A stretch of DNA of 61,939 nt, counting the filler, from Choristocarpus tenellus KU-1152 (lineage: Eukaryota; Protista; Phaeophyceae): assembly GCA_964200185.2 (NCBI GenBank). It is 13 parts of 13 records of this genome, joined end to end, with 100 filler letters (N's around TTAATTAATTAA, not from the genome) between each part and the next. Parts side by side here need not be neighbours in the genome. Positions count along the whole stretch, not along the records: positions 1 to 4,818 come from CAXNAD020012946.1; positions 4,919 to 8,441 come from CAXNAD020019470.1; positions 8,542 to 15,290 come from CAXNAD020007432.1; 10 more parts are not named here. One strand, given 5' to 3'. Every line of letters starts with the position of its first letter. Positions within the stretch are counted from its first letter, which is position 1. The translations under genes and the position numbers were made by a program. The notes beneath the pieces were generated by a model. The model saw only the letters and a list, made by a program, of their open reading frames with translations. It ran no database searches and had not been told where the DNA came from. Positions 1 through 11,814 of this stretch are shown here, piece after piece.

Positions 1-1819
1 CATTGAACTAGAACAGAGAGTTACAGTTGTATATATATATCTCCATCCTCTATTTCTTCATTATTAGTGCAACAGGGTCAAAACGTCGAATTTGCATCTT
101 TATTTCATATACTCTAATACAATTTGAAAAATTATATTATAGTGCATGAAAAAAAAACTTTCACCAAACCACATTTGCAACTAACCCCACACTCCTTCAC
201 TCACTCCACAACAAACAAACGGGCCTCAGCAATATACAGCAATCGTTGTCGCAGTTCTTCCAGAGGACCATATCCATTGCACCGCAGATGTAGGATGGTC
301 ACCCGTCAGCCACTGGGGGATCTAGCTATCAACGGGAATGAACTCGTGGACTCCGGCGGGGTAGACCCCAGGACATCCCAAGGGTAAGGCCAGGCCTCCA
401 TCGCAGCTAGACACAGTCCAATGTAGCCTGTGTGTTCTGTAATTACCGGAACAGGGGATTAGCGCTTGAAGACTAGACATAGCAAAGCATAGGATCACCA
501 TATCTTTCCGAAATCACACATTTGCATCAAAATCAGAGACACGTGGTGTTCACCAGTTACACCATAGCTCGGAACTGGTGATGCACACGTCCTCCCCTCA
601 AGAGCAGGATGAAACTTAACCATGAAGATCGTGTACGCCGATACGTCGCTTCCGATATGTATCGTAAATAAACGATATTCCTTCTGTTTCTGTTTCCAGT
701 CCCAACCCCAACACCATCCCCAACCCTTACAATCCCAAAATTATATTGCTCTCCCTTCATCCACCCGCCTCACGTCATTTTTCCATGCTTTACCGTACGT
801 CAAACTATGGCAAAAGTTGCAGCAGTCCACAAAACAACTTCTTTGAAGGCACACTCCTCCAATCCATCATCCTCGATTTTCCAACAACTCAAGCACAATC
901 TTCATATCCCTCGTAGAGAAGGAGGCCACAAAAATGGTATGTGCATCTGGGGATATGTATAGACCTACACCACATGAAACGTTGGGCAACCCTTCCACCA
1001 AAAACCCATCCTACACAAAGGTTTACGATACAAAAGAGCCCGTCAATCGTAGTACATACAACACCAATATTTTGGGGGGTGACACACACCAAGCATTTAT
1101 CAACTGTTTCCCAAAAATTCAGATGAAAGCACACACTCTACCGTACAGTAGACTACCTCAATTCACTTCATCCTACGTGCTTCATGGGATGTATTCATAA
1201 CCTTTTTGGTGTTGCTCGCGAGTGTCTGCATACGCGTGCCACACCTTTTCAGGATATTCTAACCGAGGCAGTTTCGGTTCTCGATGTCTCCAACACACCC
1301 TTGTCGATGTGCTGAACGCTGTGTGTCACCCAACACGAACACTTCATGATCAAATATTGTGCACACACCCCTCGTCCAAACAAAGTGTCAGCATTACCAA
1401 TGTTCACATCATCAACATCAAACTCAAGTGTCAAAAGGAAACAAACCCACCAACTCATTTCGTAACGTCATTTAAATCCCACTCAGGAAACGGGGACTCA
1501 AGAGACTGCCCATGACCAATGCCGCTCATTCGTGAAAGAAATCAAAAACAGACCAGATCATGGACCTCTTCATCTCCATGTTTGCCAGCCATCATGGTCT
1601 AGAAGAGATGGAGGGAAGCGGACGCGCTTGGAACGACCTTGCCTCTTGGTTATTGGATGAGAAAAGCAGGTTTGCACCATTGGTGGGAGCGCTGTGAGTA
1701 GTGCCGGCTCGGGAAAATCGCGAGTACACGCCCGATCTCCAGGTCAAGACATTCCTAGAGTGTCTAAAGAAAGATCTTAGCACCGAGCACATCCGCCAGG
1801 TATATAACTCCCTTCACAA

Positions 1820-2730
1820 TGACACGACGCACAGCATGCTAATCACACATATGCAAATCTCCATCGACCGCACACCATCCGTGCACACTTGCAACCATCG
1901 CCCTCTATTTTGTATAAGTTTACCAATCGGTAAACTCGCACAAAATTCCAAGTTATCATTTCCTTCTCTCACATTAACGTCTGTCGTTTACCAAACAATT
2001 GTCATAGGAACAGATAGCACATATACGATGTGCGCAGTCCCCCCCACCCACAACAACTGGCCTCTACTTCCCACTGGCGACAGACTCACCCCTCCCGCCC
2101 CTTGCCAACCCACACACTAAACACGCAATAAACATCGTTGACCCATTACATCAAATCCATGCCTACACTTCTCGTCGACACCATGCGCAACGTGCTAATC
2201 ACATATCGCACTTCTCAATCGACCGCACACCGTCCGCGCACACTTGCAACCATTGCCCTCTATTTTTTATAAGTCTACCAATTGGTAAACTCGCGCAAAA
2301 CTCAAAATTATGTTTTCTTTCATGTATCAACGTCGGCCATGTACCCATCACTTGTCGCAGGAATACATAGCACATATACTACATACATGATTCCCCCCAC
2401 TCACAATAATCGATCCTTGTTTCCCACTGGCGACAGACTGCCCCCTCCCACCCCTTGCTAACCCATACAATAAACACACAATAGATATTGTTGATCCATT
2501 ATGTCACAACCGTGCCTTCCCTCCACGTCGACACCACGAGTGACATGGTTATCGCACATACGCACTTCTTAATTGACCGCTCACCATCCATGCACACTTA
2601 CAATCATCTCGCCCTCTATTTTCCAGAAGTCTGCCAAGCGCCAAACTAACCCAAAACTCCAAGTTCTCGTTTTCATCACATATTGACACCCACCATTTAC
2701 CAAACACTTGTTCCAGGACTAGGTAGCGCA
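1820..2730. repeat. Diverged tandem repeat, ~355-bp unit, ~2.6 copies
   Basis: Anchor GACCGC(A/T)CACC recurs at 1866, 2221 and 2575 (spacing 355, 354). Shared blocks: GCCCTCTATTTT in all three copies, CCCACTGGCGACAGACT in the first two. Confidence 0.9.
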
Positions 2731-3016
2731 GATCAATAAAAAGAAAATGCCATCACATCGAATCGGTCACAGGACGCCGCCACAGTACCAACAATGACTC
2801 CAACACATATCACCCCTCCTCTTATACGCACAATCACCACAACCCTTAGGAATGGACGGGCAGGGACGGCAGACAGCACAGTAGCACGTCTACGAGACTT
2901 CTATACATCGACGCGTTTCGAACACAGGAGATAGTCCACCTCCTGGCTCACAAGAAGACCGCGCAGGACGATGCAACCCACGTGTCCCAAACCTCGGTGG
3001 CATCAAGTCCATGCAC

Positions 3017-3275
3017 GACTGAAAGTATCTTAGAGGGTAGGAATTTTGCCCTGTTTGTCCGTTTGGAGCTTGACCTCCCACGAGCTTATTCGTGATATTT
3101 TCTGACTCTGAAATGTTTAGGATTAGGAAAAATGTACGTCATAAAAAGGTGTATCCGAAACAAGGATATAGACACTTCCTAACTAACACGTTGTGGCCAA
3201 AATTACATCGAAATCACAACATTGGATTTTGGCCCCCAAATGGACGCGGCTCTTCCCTCTAAGACACTTTGACTT
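3017..3275. mobile_element. MITE family 1 copy (degenerate ends)
   Basis: GACTGAAAGTATCTTAGAGGGTA...TTCCCTCTAAGACACTTTGACT; TSD imperfect (GCAC/TCAC). Confidence 0.88.
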
Positions 3276-3658
3276 CACAGGTTCTTCACTGGTCGACTCA
3301 CCGCCGGAGAGCCCTGTACATTGATATACACTGAACTGTCGTGCTACTGCACGAACTGTTCCATCGGCAACCTGGCCCAATGCAGGTGGCAACTAACCCA
3401 CGTGCCCCCACTTAAGGAGATAGACCTCGGATTTTCCACGGAAACAGGAAGGGCGATACATATCTGAGAAGCCAGCTGTCGAGGGAGAAGAGACAGCTCG
3501 CTGAGGGGAATATACACATTGTGCGGACGCAGCCATCAGAGTATAATGGTATAGAGTTCTTGCCGTTCACTGTCCACCGCAAGGAAACGATTGAATGGAA
3601 TGCCAGGCATCACTCCAGCTACGGAGGGATGTTCAGTACTGGAGATGAGGTCGTCTTT

Positions 3659-3924
3659 GAGTCAAAGTAGCTTGGAGGGTAAAGCCGCGTCCGTTTGGGG
3701 GCAAAATCCAATGTTGCGATTTTTATAAATTTTTGGCTATCGCGTTGTTAGGGAGTGTCAATATCCTTGTTCTGGACACGACTTTCATATCTTTTCATAA
3801 CATACACATTTTACCTACTCCCAAACATTTTGGAGAAGGAAAATGTGATAAAAAACCCTGTGGGAAGTCAAGCACCAAACGGACAAACAGATCTAAACTC
3901 GTACCCTCTAAGATACTTTCACTC
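3659..3924. mobile_element. MITE family 1 copy with 4-bp TSD CTTT
   Basis: ~23-bp TIRs GAGTCAAAGTAGCTTGGAGGGTA / TACCCTCTAAGATACTTTCACTC; CTTT at 3655-3658 and 3925-3928. Confidence 0.93.
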
Positions 3925-4085
3925 CTTTGTCACAGAAGACTTCGAGGTGCTGAGTGCTAGATTTGTTGATGGAGTGCCAAATATTCGCATGTCACGGACG
4001 GACAAGGTGAGAAATGCTTCTTATTGTTGCTAAGAGAACAATGCTCCACAGGAATGATTCCGTACTGTCCCTATACAGATGTTGA

Positions 4086-4346
4086 GAGTGAAAGTATCTT
4101 AGAGGGTACGAGTTTTGCCCTTTTTGTCCATTTGGGGCTTCATTTCTCATGTTTGTTTTTTTTACATTTTCCTACTCTAAACTGTTTCGCAGAGTAGGTA
4201 AGATGTATACGTGATGAAAAGGTGTATTCAAAACAAGGATATTGACACTTCCCAACAAACACATTGACCCAAATTAAATCAAAATTGCAACATTGGATTT
4301 TGGCCCACAAATGGACGCGGCCCTACCCTCTAAGATACTTTGGCTC
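4086..4346. mobile_element. MITE family 1 copy inserted into the left terminus of the next copy, TSD TTGA
   Basis: TIRs GAGTGAAAGTATCTTAGAGGGTA / TACCCTCTAAGATACTTTGGCTC; TTGA at 4082-4085 and 4347-4350. Confidence 0.93.
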
Positions 4347-4348
4347 TT

Positions 4349-4605
4349 GAGTGAAAGTATCTTAGAGCGTACGAGTTTTGCCCTGTTTGTCCATCTGGGG
4401 CTTGGCTTCCCATGTTTTTTTTAATGATATTTTCCTACTCCAAAACATTTCGAGTAGGTAAAATGTGTACGTTGTGAAAAGGTGTGTCCGGAACAAGGAT
4501 ATTGACACTTCCTAACAAACGCGATAGTCAAGACTACATCAAAATCGCACATTGGATCGTGGCCCTCAAATGGACGCGGATCTACCCTCTAAGATACTTT
4601 GACTC
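4349..4605. mobile_element. MITE family 1 copy, TSD TGTT
   Basis: TIRs as above; TGTT at 4080-4083 (displaced by the younger copy) and 4606-4609. Confidence 0.92.
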
Positions 4606-4702
4606 TGTTTCATATCCCCTGATATCCCCTCATACCCAAATAAAATCTTCCCATAACGTTCAACCCTGACATCCAAATCAGTGTCATATTCTTTCTCCTA
4701 CT

Positions 4703-4818
4703 GGCTCAACGTATCTGGCAGGGGGTGGCGGCTGTCCATTTGGGGTCAATTATTACATGTAACGATTTTGGGGTTATTTGGTTGCATATATCGGATGAAT
4801 AATGTAAATGCACTTTTC
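4703..4818. mobile_element. MITE family 2 (G-tract TIR) fragment at a contig end; further fragments at 4919-4959, 15391-15410, 19985-20035, 24435-24495, 27114-27151, 30059-30148, 33630-33721, 33822-33891, 39624-39699, 58007-58103
   Basis: Ends G(G/A)NNCAAAGTATCTGG(G)n followed by GGCTGTCCATTTGGGG or TCTACACCAGGGTGTCCATTTGG, matching the complete copies at 58769-59216 and 60615-60798. Confidence 0.85.
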
Positions 4819-4918
4819 NNNNNNNNNNNNNNNNNNNNNNNNNNNNNNNNNNNNNNNNNNNNTTAATTAATTAANNNNNNNNNNNNNNNNNNNNNNNNNN
4901 NNNNNNNNNNNNNNNNNN
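4819..4918. other. Artificial contig linker N44-TTAATTAATTAA-N44; the same linker is at 8442-8541, 15291-15390, 19885-19984, 24335-24434, 27152-27251, 29959-30058, 33722-33821, 39524-39623, 45250-45349, 54987-55086, 57907-58006
   Basis: Identical 100-bp N-padded spacer carrying stops in all six frames, 12 times; the window is 13 concatenated contigs. A separate 10-N gap is at 47795-47804. Confidence 0.98.
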
Positions 4919-4959
4919 CCAAATGGACAGCCGCCACCCCCTCCCAGATACTTTGAGCC

Positions 4960-5790
4960 TGGCCACTTACAAGGCTATTCACCATCGATGACACTCGATC
5001 TTCCACCTGACAACATCCATTTGTTGGGAATTTGATGCTACTTGTCTGATACATGAATTTTCCATAAGGGGCGACTGCGTGATGCAAGGAATCTATAGAC
5101 TTCCTGTGAACACTAAAAACTGCAGATTCCAGCCCTGAAAACCTCGGCTCATCAATCCTTATCCCCCCTGGCACATGGGTAGAATTCACACTTGCATAGC
5201 GAAGGACCTCCAACACCACTTGAACAAACATTTCCACTATGCATTTTATGTTCTGGATGGCAGTGTCGGTCCCATTTAGAAAGACTGGTATGCCCCTTGC
5301 TAGGACAAGAAGCATCACACTGGTGCTCAGAAATCACAGAGAAGAACTGGATGAAAATTGTGGTAAATCGGAGAATGAAATCAAATACGACTTGTTTTTT
5401 ATCCTAATAAGAGGTATATCGTTCTTTCTAAATGAGACCAAGGCTGCCATCCAGAGCGACTTACAACGCATAGTGGGGATGTCGTTTCAAGTGATCCCTG
5501 GGACCGCCAGGGTGTTATCACAAATGGCAAGGTTCATGGTGGCGGATTTGATTCTCAAGGATGTTGTGGACTGCTGTGTGACGGCACTATTTAAGGTCCT
5601 TGACTATGCAAATGTCAACTCAACACATGTGCCAAGGAGAACGCCACCAAGGATTGATGAGGTGAGGCTATGATGCTCCTCATGGAAAGACATCTGTGAG
5701 ATAAACAGAAATAAATTCCCTGCGAATCGACCCGAACAGGTGGGAAGGCAGGGTGTAATCAATGACTCTTAGTCTCGTGGAGGACTACAT
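4960..5790. pseudogene. Pair of diverged, oppositely oriented homologous fragments, possibly Helitron Rep relics
   Basis: ORFs 4863-5318(-) and 5239-5673(+) share RGI..FLN.T..AIQ and VL.YA.VNSTHVP...RIDE. The complementary frame gives HHR...HEFSIRGD...GIYRLP, resembling Helitron Rep motif II (EFQxRGxxHxH). The inverted homology is clear; the identity is inferred. Confidence 0.4.
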
Positions 5791-6476
5791 TGGAATCCAA
5801 GACTCGTCAATCCCAGGTTCAACTAGACTACATATGTTACGCTGCAGGCGGTTATACTTTTAACAATAGTGTACATGAAGGATCGAGTGAAGGACTTAGG
5901 GGTTTAAGGACTAGATGTGGAGGGTACATGAGGGGAAGGAGTGGGGTGTATGATGAAAATACTGAAGTGGTAAGAATGGACGAGGGAGTGGGAATGCCCA
6001 CCAAGGAGGGGTATCAGCAATGCCTGGTGACCAGGTTAAATCAATGAACGGGACGACCACTACGGACTCTCAACCAGAGATGTCGCACAAGGAGGGTGCT
6101 CCTCGGACTTACAAACTGGAAAGAACTATACCAAATTATATTATGAATGGGTTCGAGGTGTGTTGGACATCATTGTAAACATATGACGACATGGTCAAAT
6201 ACGAGAAAAAAAAAACGTTACTATTATATAGGTCACATATTCACTTGGCACTATTTTATTATTATACCATCTAATATTTTGTAGGTGAAGAACTAATGAA
6301 AACTACTCACATGTCTGAAAAATCCGTCACTATCCAAGGTCAAGGGAGAAAGAAGAGTTAGTGTGGGGTACCTCATTTTGTTACCAGTCTGTTATCCTCA
6401 TCAACACTGGAAACGGGGTGGGGCCGGGGTTAGTTGTGGGCCGATTGTGGGAGCTCTTAAAAACTTTTGAAGCAAG

Positions 6477-7903
6477 ATGACTGGTGCTCTTGGAGATGTT
6501 GCATTGGACGATGCAGAGGGGGATAAGGTGGAAGGCAAGAGACTTGGCGATCATTTGGAGGACGATTCAGGAACCAAGAAGCAGCGAATGAAGGGAGAAT
6601 CTATCCTCGTTCCTGCCGAGGTCGCAGATAGGAAGAGGATCGCCGACGCTCACTCTAGTGGTGTTGAAGTCGGCAATCAAAGGTCGGCTCCTGGCACTGG
6701 TTCTACTGGTGCGTGTGTTGGTACCACTGACAGGGTGAAAAATGTGACGGACGATGACCTTCAGGTCGAAGTAATTACAAACGATGGTGATCCTTCGCAC
6801 ATGGTGACACTAATTGCACTCAAGGAGATCTTTCATCACCAACTTCCCAAGATGCCCAAGGAGTACATTGTGCGACTCGTCTTCGATCGCAAGCACAAGT
6901 CGCTGGTTCTATCCAGGGCTGGTGTACCCATCGGGGGAATCACATACCGCCCCTTCTATGAACAAAAATTCGCGGAAATTGTATTCTGCGCGGTGACTGG
7001 GACAGAACAGGTCAAAGGGTATGGTAGTCGATTGATGAATGAGCTGAAGGAGCACGCGAAGCTCGAAGATATCAGCTATTTTCAAACTTATGCTGATAAT
7101 TTCGCAATTGGTTACTTTGCCAAGCAAGGGTTCAGCCGCACCATCAACATGTCCAAAGACCGCTGGTGAGAATCGAGATGGACGTGGGGCGATACATGGG
7201 AAAGTTTTGGTTTGGTTGTTCACCCAAAATGTCGAAATCCACTTTTCTGACATGCTTAAAATTCACCTATCTATCGCCGTAAATACCGCATCGGATCATG
7301 TATAATTCATTCAAATCGCGAGACTCATGTATTGACTGAGTGCATGGGCAAAAGTATTCCTGGTTGCACGCAACTCTGATTTGCACAATGGATTGATGTG
7401 TGTCGTACAGAAGTCTCTCTCGAAATTTTCATAGATGGTTAGAAATGCAATGAAACTCCCGTAAAGCCCTCATATGCGTGGTTTATGACATGAGTTACAA
7501 TGGAGTTTATGGTCATCAATATATGGAGTTTGACCCATGTTTAGTGTCTTGACCTTCGAGAATGTCACCAGTCAACTTCGCTGTGTGTAGTTGTGAACCC
7601 CTGAAACGCGTTTAATTGGCATGGCATGCCTTCCGACACATAATAGTCCTTGCTACAGCTTGACCGCTTAGTTTCCTGGTACTGTCGTGGTCAGGGTGGG
7701 GTATGTCAAGGATTACGATGGAGGTACACACATGGAGTGCTATGTCCACCCTAGTGTCCCTTACATGGCGCAAGCTGAGATGCTGAGGGTTCAAAGGGAC
7801 TTCATTGTAGACCGCATCCTGGAACAAGTCAAATGCTCTACGGTGTATCGAGGCCTTACCTGCTTTAAGGAGGGCAAGACAATCGACCCACAAGACATAC
7901 CTG
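6477..7903 (+). CDS. GCN5: GCN5/KAT2-family histone acetyltransferase, 5' partial (exons 6477-7165, 7695-7903); bromodomain exons not seen on this contig
   Basis: HAT motifs [28 protein letters not shown]...[37 protein letters not shown]. The splice TG|gtgag...cag|G rebuilds [16 protein letters not shown]; exon 2 ends at G|gtgag. Confidence 0.95.
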
Positions 7904-8360
7904 GTGAGTTACAAAAATATTCTCCCTCTGTCCCCTTGACCTAGATTGTACGCATGGGTGCCGCTCATGACAATTTTTTCTGAGAGTTCGGTAACATTTG
8001 TTGTCACTGTCCCTGTCAATCCCCTCTTGTGCACAATGTAGTTGTGTTTAAAATAGATTTCCAATTATTATTTTGATTTGGTCCCTTTACCTCCAGTCCC
8101 CTGCCGCTCTGAGCTTGACTACTCTATGCCACCCTCTCTGCCCATCATATGTAAGAAACTGCCTTCATCTATTCCTCTCCTGTTGTACCAGAGATAAACT
8201 TCCTCTATTTTCCCCCTCCTAACCCAGCCTTCATCCCTTTCACTTCAGTCCTTCAGTGGTCTGAACTTGAACATCCCTATCATCCTCTCCCACCCCCAAC
8301 AACCTCCTCTCAAGAGATTTCTACAGTGTGAAGGATGACCAAGGCATGCTAATAGTTTCT

Positions 8361-8414
<54 letters not shown>

Positions 8415-8929
8415 ACAACGCCTGCTTTACCACTTTGGGGCNNNNNNNNNNNNNNNNNNNNNNNNNNNNNNNNNNNNNNNNNNNNTTAATTAATTAANNN
8501 NNNNNNNNNNNNNNNNNNNNNNNNNNNNNNNNNNNNNNNNNTGGGATGGAGGGGTAGTGTTAAGTGAATTTTTAAAATATGTATATTAAATGGAGTTAAA
8601 TTCGTCCAAAAAAGGATTTCTAGAATCGATGAACGAGTATTTCAAAAAAAAAATGCATTTTGATCAGAAAAGATGAGGCAGGAGGGTGGAGGGTGGAGGG
8701 AGGGTCGGGGAAGGGAACACACACCACAACAGCATTTGCTCTTCTTGCACACAACTTACAATCATAGATGAATGCTGCTTCAGCTCTACAGTATCAAAGT
8801 ATGAACATCCTAGGGGCAAACAAATCGAACTTGGAACTTGCCCTAAACTGGGTTATGTATATTTTGACAACACAGGAGTGTTGGATACAAGCAGATACAA
8901 AAGCACTTCACAATACTTCTTTAATGATG

Positions 8930-9320
8930 CAGTAGTCTTAGGGATTGGTTTTCCATGGACTTGAGCATTTGGAATGGGGTTCCAGATTTGGCACCTGAGT
9001 TTGAGGGTTCTGATGTACCAGATCAGGGAGTTCAGGTTCAGAACTGTGGTTCTTGATATTCTGGGCTGGAAGTTGGACTCAGGGATAGAGGTTGGGGGAT
9101 TGGATTTGGAACAGCTTGGCTTAGGAGTTAAGGGCTGTTCTGTGAATCAAGGGTTAGGGTTCTGCCTCTCGGGCTTATGGTTAAAATATTCGGGTTAGAG
9201 TTAGGGTTAGAATATTCGGGTTTTATACTCTGGGCAAGGTCTTGGACGCTGGGCTGACCTGGGCCTTCAGCAGGAGAGGTGATAAGTTCCAGTTCAGATC
9301 TGTGTTTCTTTGGGGTTGTG
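8930..9320 (+). repeat. Degenerate interstitial telomere-like (TTAGGG) G-rich tract; short arrays also near 29085, 29690, 38260, 38303, 38980, 39217
   Basis: GGGTTAGGGTT and GGGTTAGAGTTAGGGTTAG here; CCCTAACCCTAA at several of the other sites. Confidence 0.55.
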
Positions 9321-10725
9321 AATCATAAAAAAAATTGCACCGCTACAACTCACACATTCAATCAAAACTAATAAAAACTGAAAACATAATCAAAAGCTTT
9401 CAATCGGACCATAATCATTTCCTCATGCGAGGCGTGCACACTGCGCCGAAGTTGTGCCTCACCTCACGCATCAAGCAAAACCCCTGTGCAAGCTTCGATT
9501 CAACAAAATAAAAATATTAAAGAAAAAATAATAATAATAACCTGTAAATTTTTGCGCATCTCTCCAAATCCTCTCGAAACGACAACCGGAGTGTGGTCAT
9601 GGATTCTAGGTTGGAAATACTCATAGGAGTTGGCGTTAAGAGGGTTGAAGATTGCATCCAGTATGGCGGGGATTGTCTTCGTTTTGGAGTGTTCAAAGGG
9701 TTGAGCCTTGCATTTGGTATGTTTTTCGGAGGTTGTCTAGCAGGACTTGACTCATGTATAGCCTGCTGCCGTGCCTGGATTTGTGATGGTTAAAAGAGCA
9801 AGATTAAGTCCTAAAAAAGTGCTCAAGATGGACCCAAAATTGTCCATTACTTGGGTATAATAAGGGATGGGCTAGGGAGGTCCTCTGCGGCCACTTCTTT
9901 AGTGCATGAAGCTTAAGGACTGTGATGAAATCAACAAGTAGTTACTGCCATTTGCAACTGTCACTGGTTGTGTACCACAAGATACCGGGGACTGAGCGTC
10001 GAGTAGGTTCTATTATACTGTTCATTTTGGTTTATGGAAAGTAACAAAAAAGTGAATCGCGACGAGACATTGTCTCCACATGAGACTTTTAACGTTGGTG
10101 CAATTCATTCATTCAACAGGTAGTACTCATTAAGTTGATATTACTATTGAATATGGAGGTTTCAAAATCAAACAAAAATATTCGGTCGTCTTGGTACTAC
10201 AGATTTATTGACCAAAAAACCATGTGAATAATAAAATATGAGAACCACCAACCACTTCTGACTTTACAAAGAGTGAAGGCAAGAAAAATGACAACATGAA
10301 CGAGTTGTAGCCTTTTCAGCTCACAAGCATCTCTGGGATTGATGCAACGTGGAGTTCTGATGAACCAATTCGCACTAGAGATAACCAACATCCAAAATCG
10401 ACGAGATGTATTTGATTGATTTCTCTCTCGCGCGAATGCTCGCTCCACGGTCTGCTCTGGCACCGCGCACTTTGGACTCCTCCCTTAGATTCCGACCTTG
10501 TTCATCGAAAGATACGGAGTTCAGTTCGTACTTTCTATAATATTTTCCTTCAGCAACACGAATTAATCCAGTTTTGAGAGGCATTCCATTAAAAATCAAC
10601 TTTATGAGTCAATCTACTCCACACACCACATGCCAGAGGATATAGGGCATCTCACTCCGTCAGTCGATAACTTGATCTTTTCTGAGTGTCTCCTCTGCCC
10701 TAAATGATAAATGGGTCAAACTCCT

Positions 10726-11814
10726 CTAAACCTCTAAACCTCGCAACCACCTACGCAACCGAATCCGAACCTGGATGGAGGGACGGTTGAGCAGCTTTGT
10801 GCCCACCTCCTCCCTTATGGAGGCTACAACTCCCTCCTCTGGCACGATGGGTGGGGTTGTTGGCGTGATTGCCGAGGAATCTCCAGCAGTGAGCTCCCTC
10901 TGCCTCTCAGGCATTGCACAGACCGGTGGCAACACGGTGTTATTCAACCCTTGTGACATGGGCGATGAGAGGGGTGAGTGCAACGGGGCACACGCAGCAG
11001 ACTCTGGAACAGAAGAGATCTCCCCCTCGTTTGTCTCCATAGATTTTTCGTTTGCAACAGACCCACGTTTCTTGTGGTTCCTTCCGCCTCGGTGTTTCCT
11101 ACGCGTTGTTGGAGGTGATCGGGAGGGGAGTGGGGGCGATGGGAGTCCCAAGGTTGGCTTGGTGACCCCGGCATCCAGATCTTCGTTGTAATGACGTAGA
11201 CGGATGGTACACACAATTAAGGGTGAAGTGGAAGGATCACAAGGTGTATTTTTTTCCTCCCTCTCCCAATTTATCATGGTGAACTGCAAAGATTGATATG
11301 GATGTGGACTACAAGTTCGTATGAATCTATCTCCTACTGAAGAGGCAAATATTGGACTATACGTTATGTATGGAGTAAGAATATGTCCACCATTCCATCT
11401 GTTTGCAGTGATAAGGATTGTGTCTCATGTCGGTGTTTCCAAAGGATCTTTTTTCAATGCCACAAAATAGTCTGGTTCTTGCCTCTTTGCCATGTCTCCT
11501 CGATCTTCTATCTCTTGGACGAACCAGGTCACAGTAGCTTGCCTGGAGAACCCACCAATTTTCCCTACCACTCTCTTTTCGCAAAATTGTAGACTTTGTC
11601 GCCTCTACTCGCACAAACCTCCAACCCTCCAGATAGAGACTGGTACCAACACTGAACGGGTAGAAGAGGATACAGATTTGAAAATATGGGCGGGTGGATG
11701 GACGGAGTTCCTGAGACTTTCCATCTCTTTTCGAAAGGTGTGTTTTGGTACAATATCGTCTTGTGTCTGATGTGAGTTGTTGGACCTCGAAGGATGTTGA
11801 AGAACATCTTCAAC
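10726..11814 (-). pseudogene. Unidentified long decayed reading frame (~360 codons, 2 internal stops)
   Basis: One frame runs from a cag|GTT acceptor-like site at 11814 to 10726, with stops only at 11605-11607 and 11425-11427. It has Pro/Ser-rich segments and a basic RRKHRGGRNHKKR stretch. Confidence 0.3.

Larger units (their letters stand above)
2850..4033 (+). pseudogene. Decayed DNA-transposase C-terminal region (Sola2-like DDD transposase), interrupted by two MITEs
   Basis: Removing the elements at 3017-3275 and 3659-3924 (plus one TSD each) gives ...LGGIKSMH|RFFTGRLTAGEPCTLIYTELSCYCTNCSIGNLAQC... and, after one frameshift, QLAEGNIHIVRTQPSEYNGIEFLPFTVHRKETIEWNARHHSSYGGMFSTGDEVVF|VTEDFEVLSARF. 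The frame is continuous across both junctions. Family assignment is from recalled motif architecture, not a database search. Confidence 0.45.

Noticed and set aside
2890-3081. Recurrent small ORFs with YPLRYF / SKIL peptides
   Set aside because: These are translations of the MITE TIR, not a protein family.
3017-4605. Clustered ~23-bp repeats as a CRISPR or recombination-site array
   Set aside because: They are paired inverted termini of ~260-bp elements with homologous interiors and TSDs.
4863-4874. TTAATTAATTAA as a biological motif (e.g. piggyBac target)
   Set aside because: Always centred in an identical N-padded 100-bp linker; it is an assembly artefact.
8930-9320. True telomere
   Set aside because: The repeats are short, degenerate and internal to the contig.
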